NCBI GenBank assembly: GCA_964355135.1
Contig: CAYHCG010000005.1
Coordinates: 30,320 to 62,319 of the forward strand
Length of the DNA: 32,000 nucleotides
Direction of reading: 5' to 3'
DNA from: Candidatus Woesearchaeota archaeon
GTDB taxonomy: Archaea > Nanobdellota > Nanobdellia > Pacearchaeales > GW2011-AR1
Shown one piece after another: positions 31,411 through 32,000 of this stretch (within the stretch, counting starts at the first letter, position 1; each line of letters begins with the position of its first letter). The translations under genes and the position numbers were made by a program. The notes under the pieces were generated by a model. That model was given only the letters and a program-made list of their open reading frames with translations, had not been told where the DNA came from and ran no database searches.

Positions 31411-32000
31411 ATGGTTTCTTTTCCTTTTGAACGGAAATCGCTTAACCCTGCAAGATATTTCTTTGACTTATATCTTCTAAACTGACTTTCATCAAACTCA
31501 CCAGGATAAGCCAAATCTACAGCACGGTAGGTTGAGGAGCTGAGTCCTAGATCTCGTCTGGTAAGTATTCCTGAAAAACCCATTCTCCAAAATAATTTAT
31601 TTGTAGCATAATCGGGTATTTCCTTTTTTGGAACCTGTAGATATTTATCAAATAACCATCTTAGGGCATCTGCAGCTGTTTTTTTAGGCTCGTCCGTTCT
31701 CTCCCCAAAAAAGAACCAAGGATAGACTTTTGTAGGGAAAACACTTTCAAATAATTTAAACTTAGAACCCTGATAAGTATTCATTAATCCTCTCAAACCA
31801 AAATCCTCTAAGTGGTCTGTTCTGATTTTTCTGGGATTTTGATCATAGACTTCTTCAGGGGTAAGGCCTGAAAAAGGAATCATTCCAGATCCAACGATAA
31901 ATTCCTCTAATGCTCTTTTTCTATTATCTGAATCTCCATAAAAGCCGTTTCTAACTCTCTTAGCTTGCCATTCCCTTAGGTTAGGAAAAACAGATTTTAG
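31407..32000 (-). CDS. Repeat-containing protein upstream of the RT (N-terminus outside the window)
   Basis: The frame stays open from 31883 to 32000 (LKSVFPNLREWQAKRVRNGFYGDSDNRKRALEEFIVGSG-MIPFSG...). It contains an internal repeat of about 90-100 aa: 'GLRGLMNTYQGSKFKLFESVFPTKVYPWFFF...AADALRWLFDKYL' versus 'GFSGILTRRDLGLSSSTYRAVDLAYPGEFDESQF' and 'KSVFPNLREWQ...RKRALEEFI'. Confidence 0.6.
   Translation of the reverse strand, partial: LKSVFPNLREWQAKRVRNGFYGDSDNRKRALEEFIVGSGMIPFSGLTPEEVYDQNPRKIRTDHLEDFGLRGLMNTYQGSKFKLFESVFPTKVYPWFFFGERTDEPKKTAADALRWLFDKYLQVPKKEIPDYATNKLFWRMGFSGILTRRDLGLSSSTYRAVDLAYPGEFDESQFRRYKSKKYLAGLSDFRSKGKETI

Noticed and set aside
29964-32000. Diversity-generating retroelement (DGR) interpretation of the RT locus
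   Set aside because: Motif B reads LPQGSLHG rather than the DGR-type IGxxxSQ. I found no TR/VR-like repeat of about 100 nt between the 3' end of the upstream ORF and any nearby segment, and no basic Avd-like four-helix gene. This cannot be fully excluded, because the locus continues beyond the window.
1-32000. CRISPR arrays, rRNA genes, transposases/IS elements, integrases
   Set aside because: Reading the intergenic regions showed no regularly spaced direct repeats, no rRNA-like conserved blocks, and no DDE, tyrosine or serine recombinase motifs in any ORF.

Overview
The window is an AT-rich, gene-dense piece of an archaeal chromosome. Its reduced gene set and leaderless-style promoters suggest a small-genome, DPANN-like lineage. 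All calls come from reading motifs by eye; no homology search was run.

Archaeal core genes:
- The spt5-rpl11-(insertion)-rpl1-rplP0-rpl12 cluster lies on the minus strand at 3.7-7.7 kb.
- aIF5A, L40e and a site-2 protease form a tight operon at 11.0-13.4 kb.
- ftsZ, an orphan ORF and secE lie on the plus strand at 14.3-16.2 kb.
- Also present are L37Ae, TrpRS, an FKBP isomerase, MsrB, a NUDIX hydrolase, tRNA-Ser(UGA) and tRNA-Pro(UGG).

Accessory genes of interest:
1. A compact reverse-transcriptase cassette of three same-strand genes sits at 29.96-32.0 kb. Its palm motifs look retron-like and its partner genes are unrecognisable. This is my best candidate for an undescribed system.
2. A secreted peptidoglycan-hydrolase operon (transglutaminase-like peptidase plus a Tat-signal SLT/LysM lytic transglycosylase) lies next to an OMP-like beta-barrel gene. 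Both are unexpected in an archaeon.
3. A half-size deoxyhypusine-hydroxylase-like HEAT protein.
4. PlsC-type acyltransferase and PLD/cardiolipin-synthase genes.
5. A receptor with a degenerate cyclase domain, next to a divergent CCA-adding-like nucleotidyltransferase.
6. A tandem paralog pair inserted between rpl11 and rpl1, one copy broken by a 1-nt homopolymer frameshift.

Many orphan ORFs are Arg/Glu/Gly-rich and GC-richer than the Lys/Ile/Asn-rich core genes. No CRISPR array, rRNA gene or recognisable transposase was seen.
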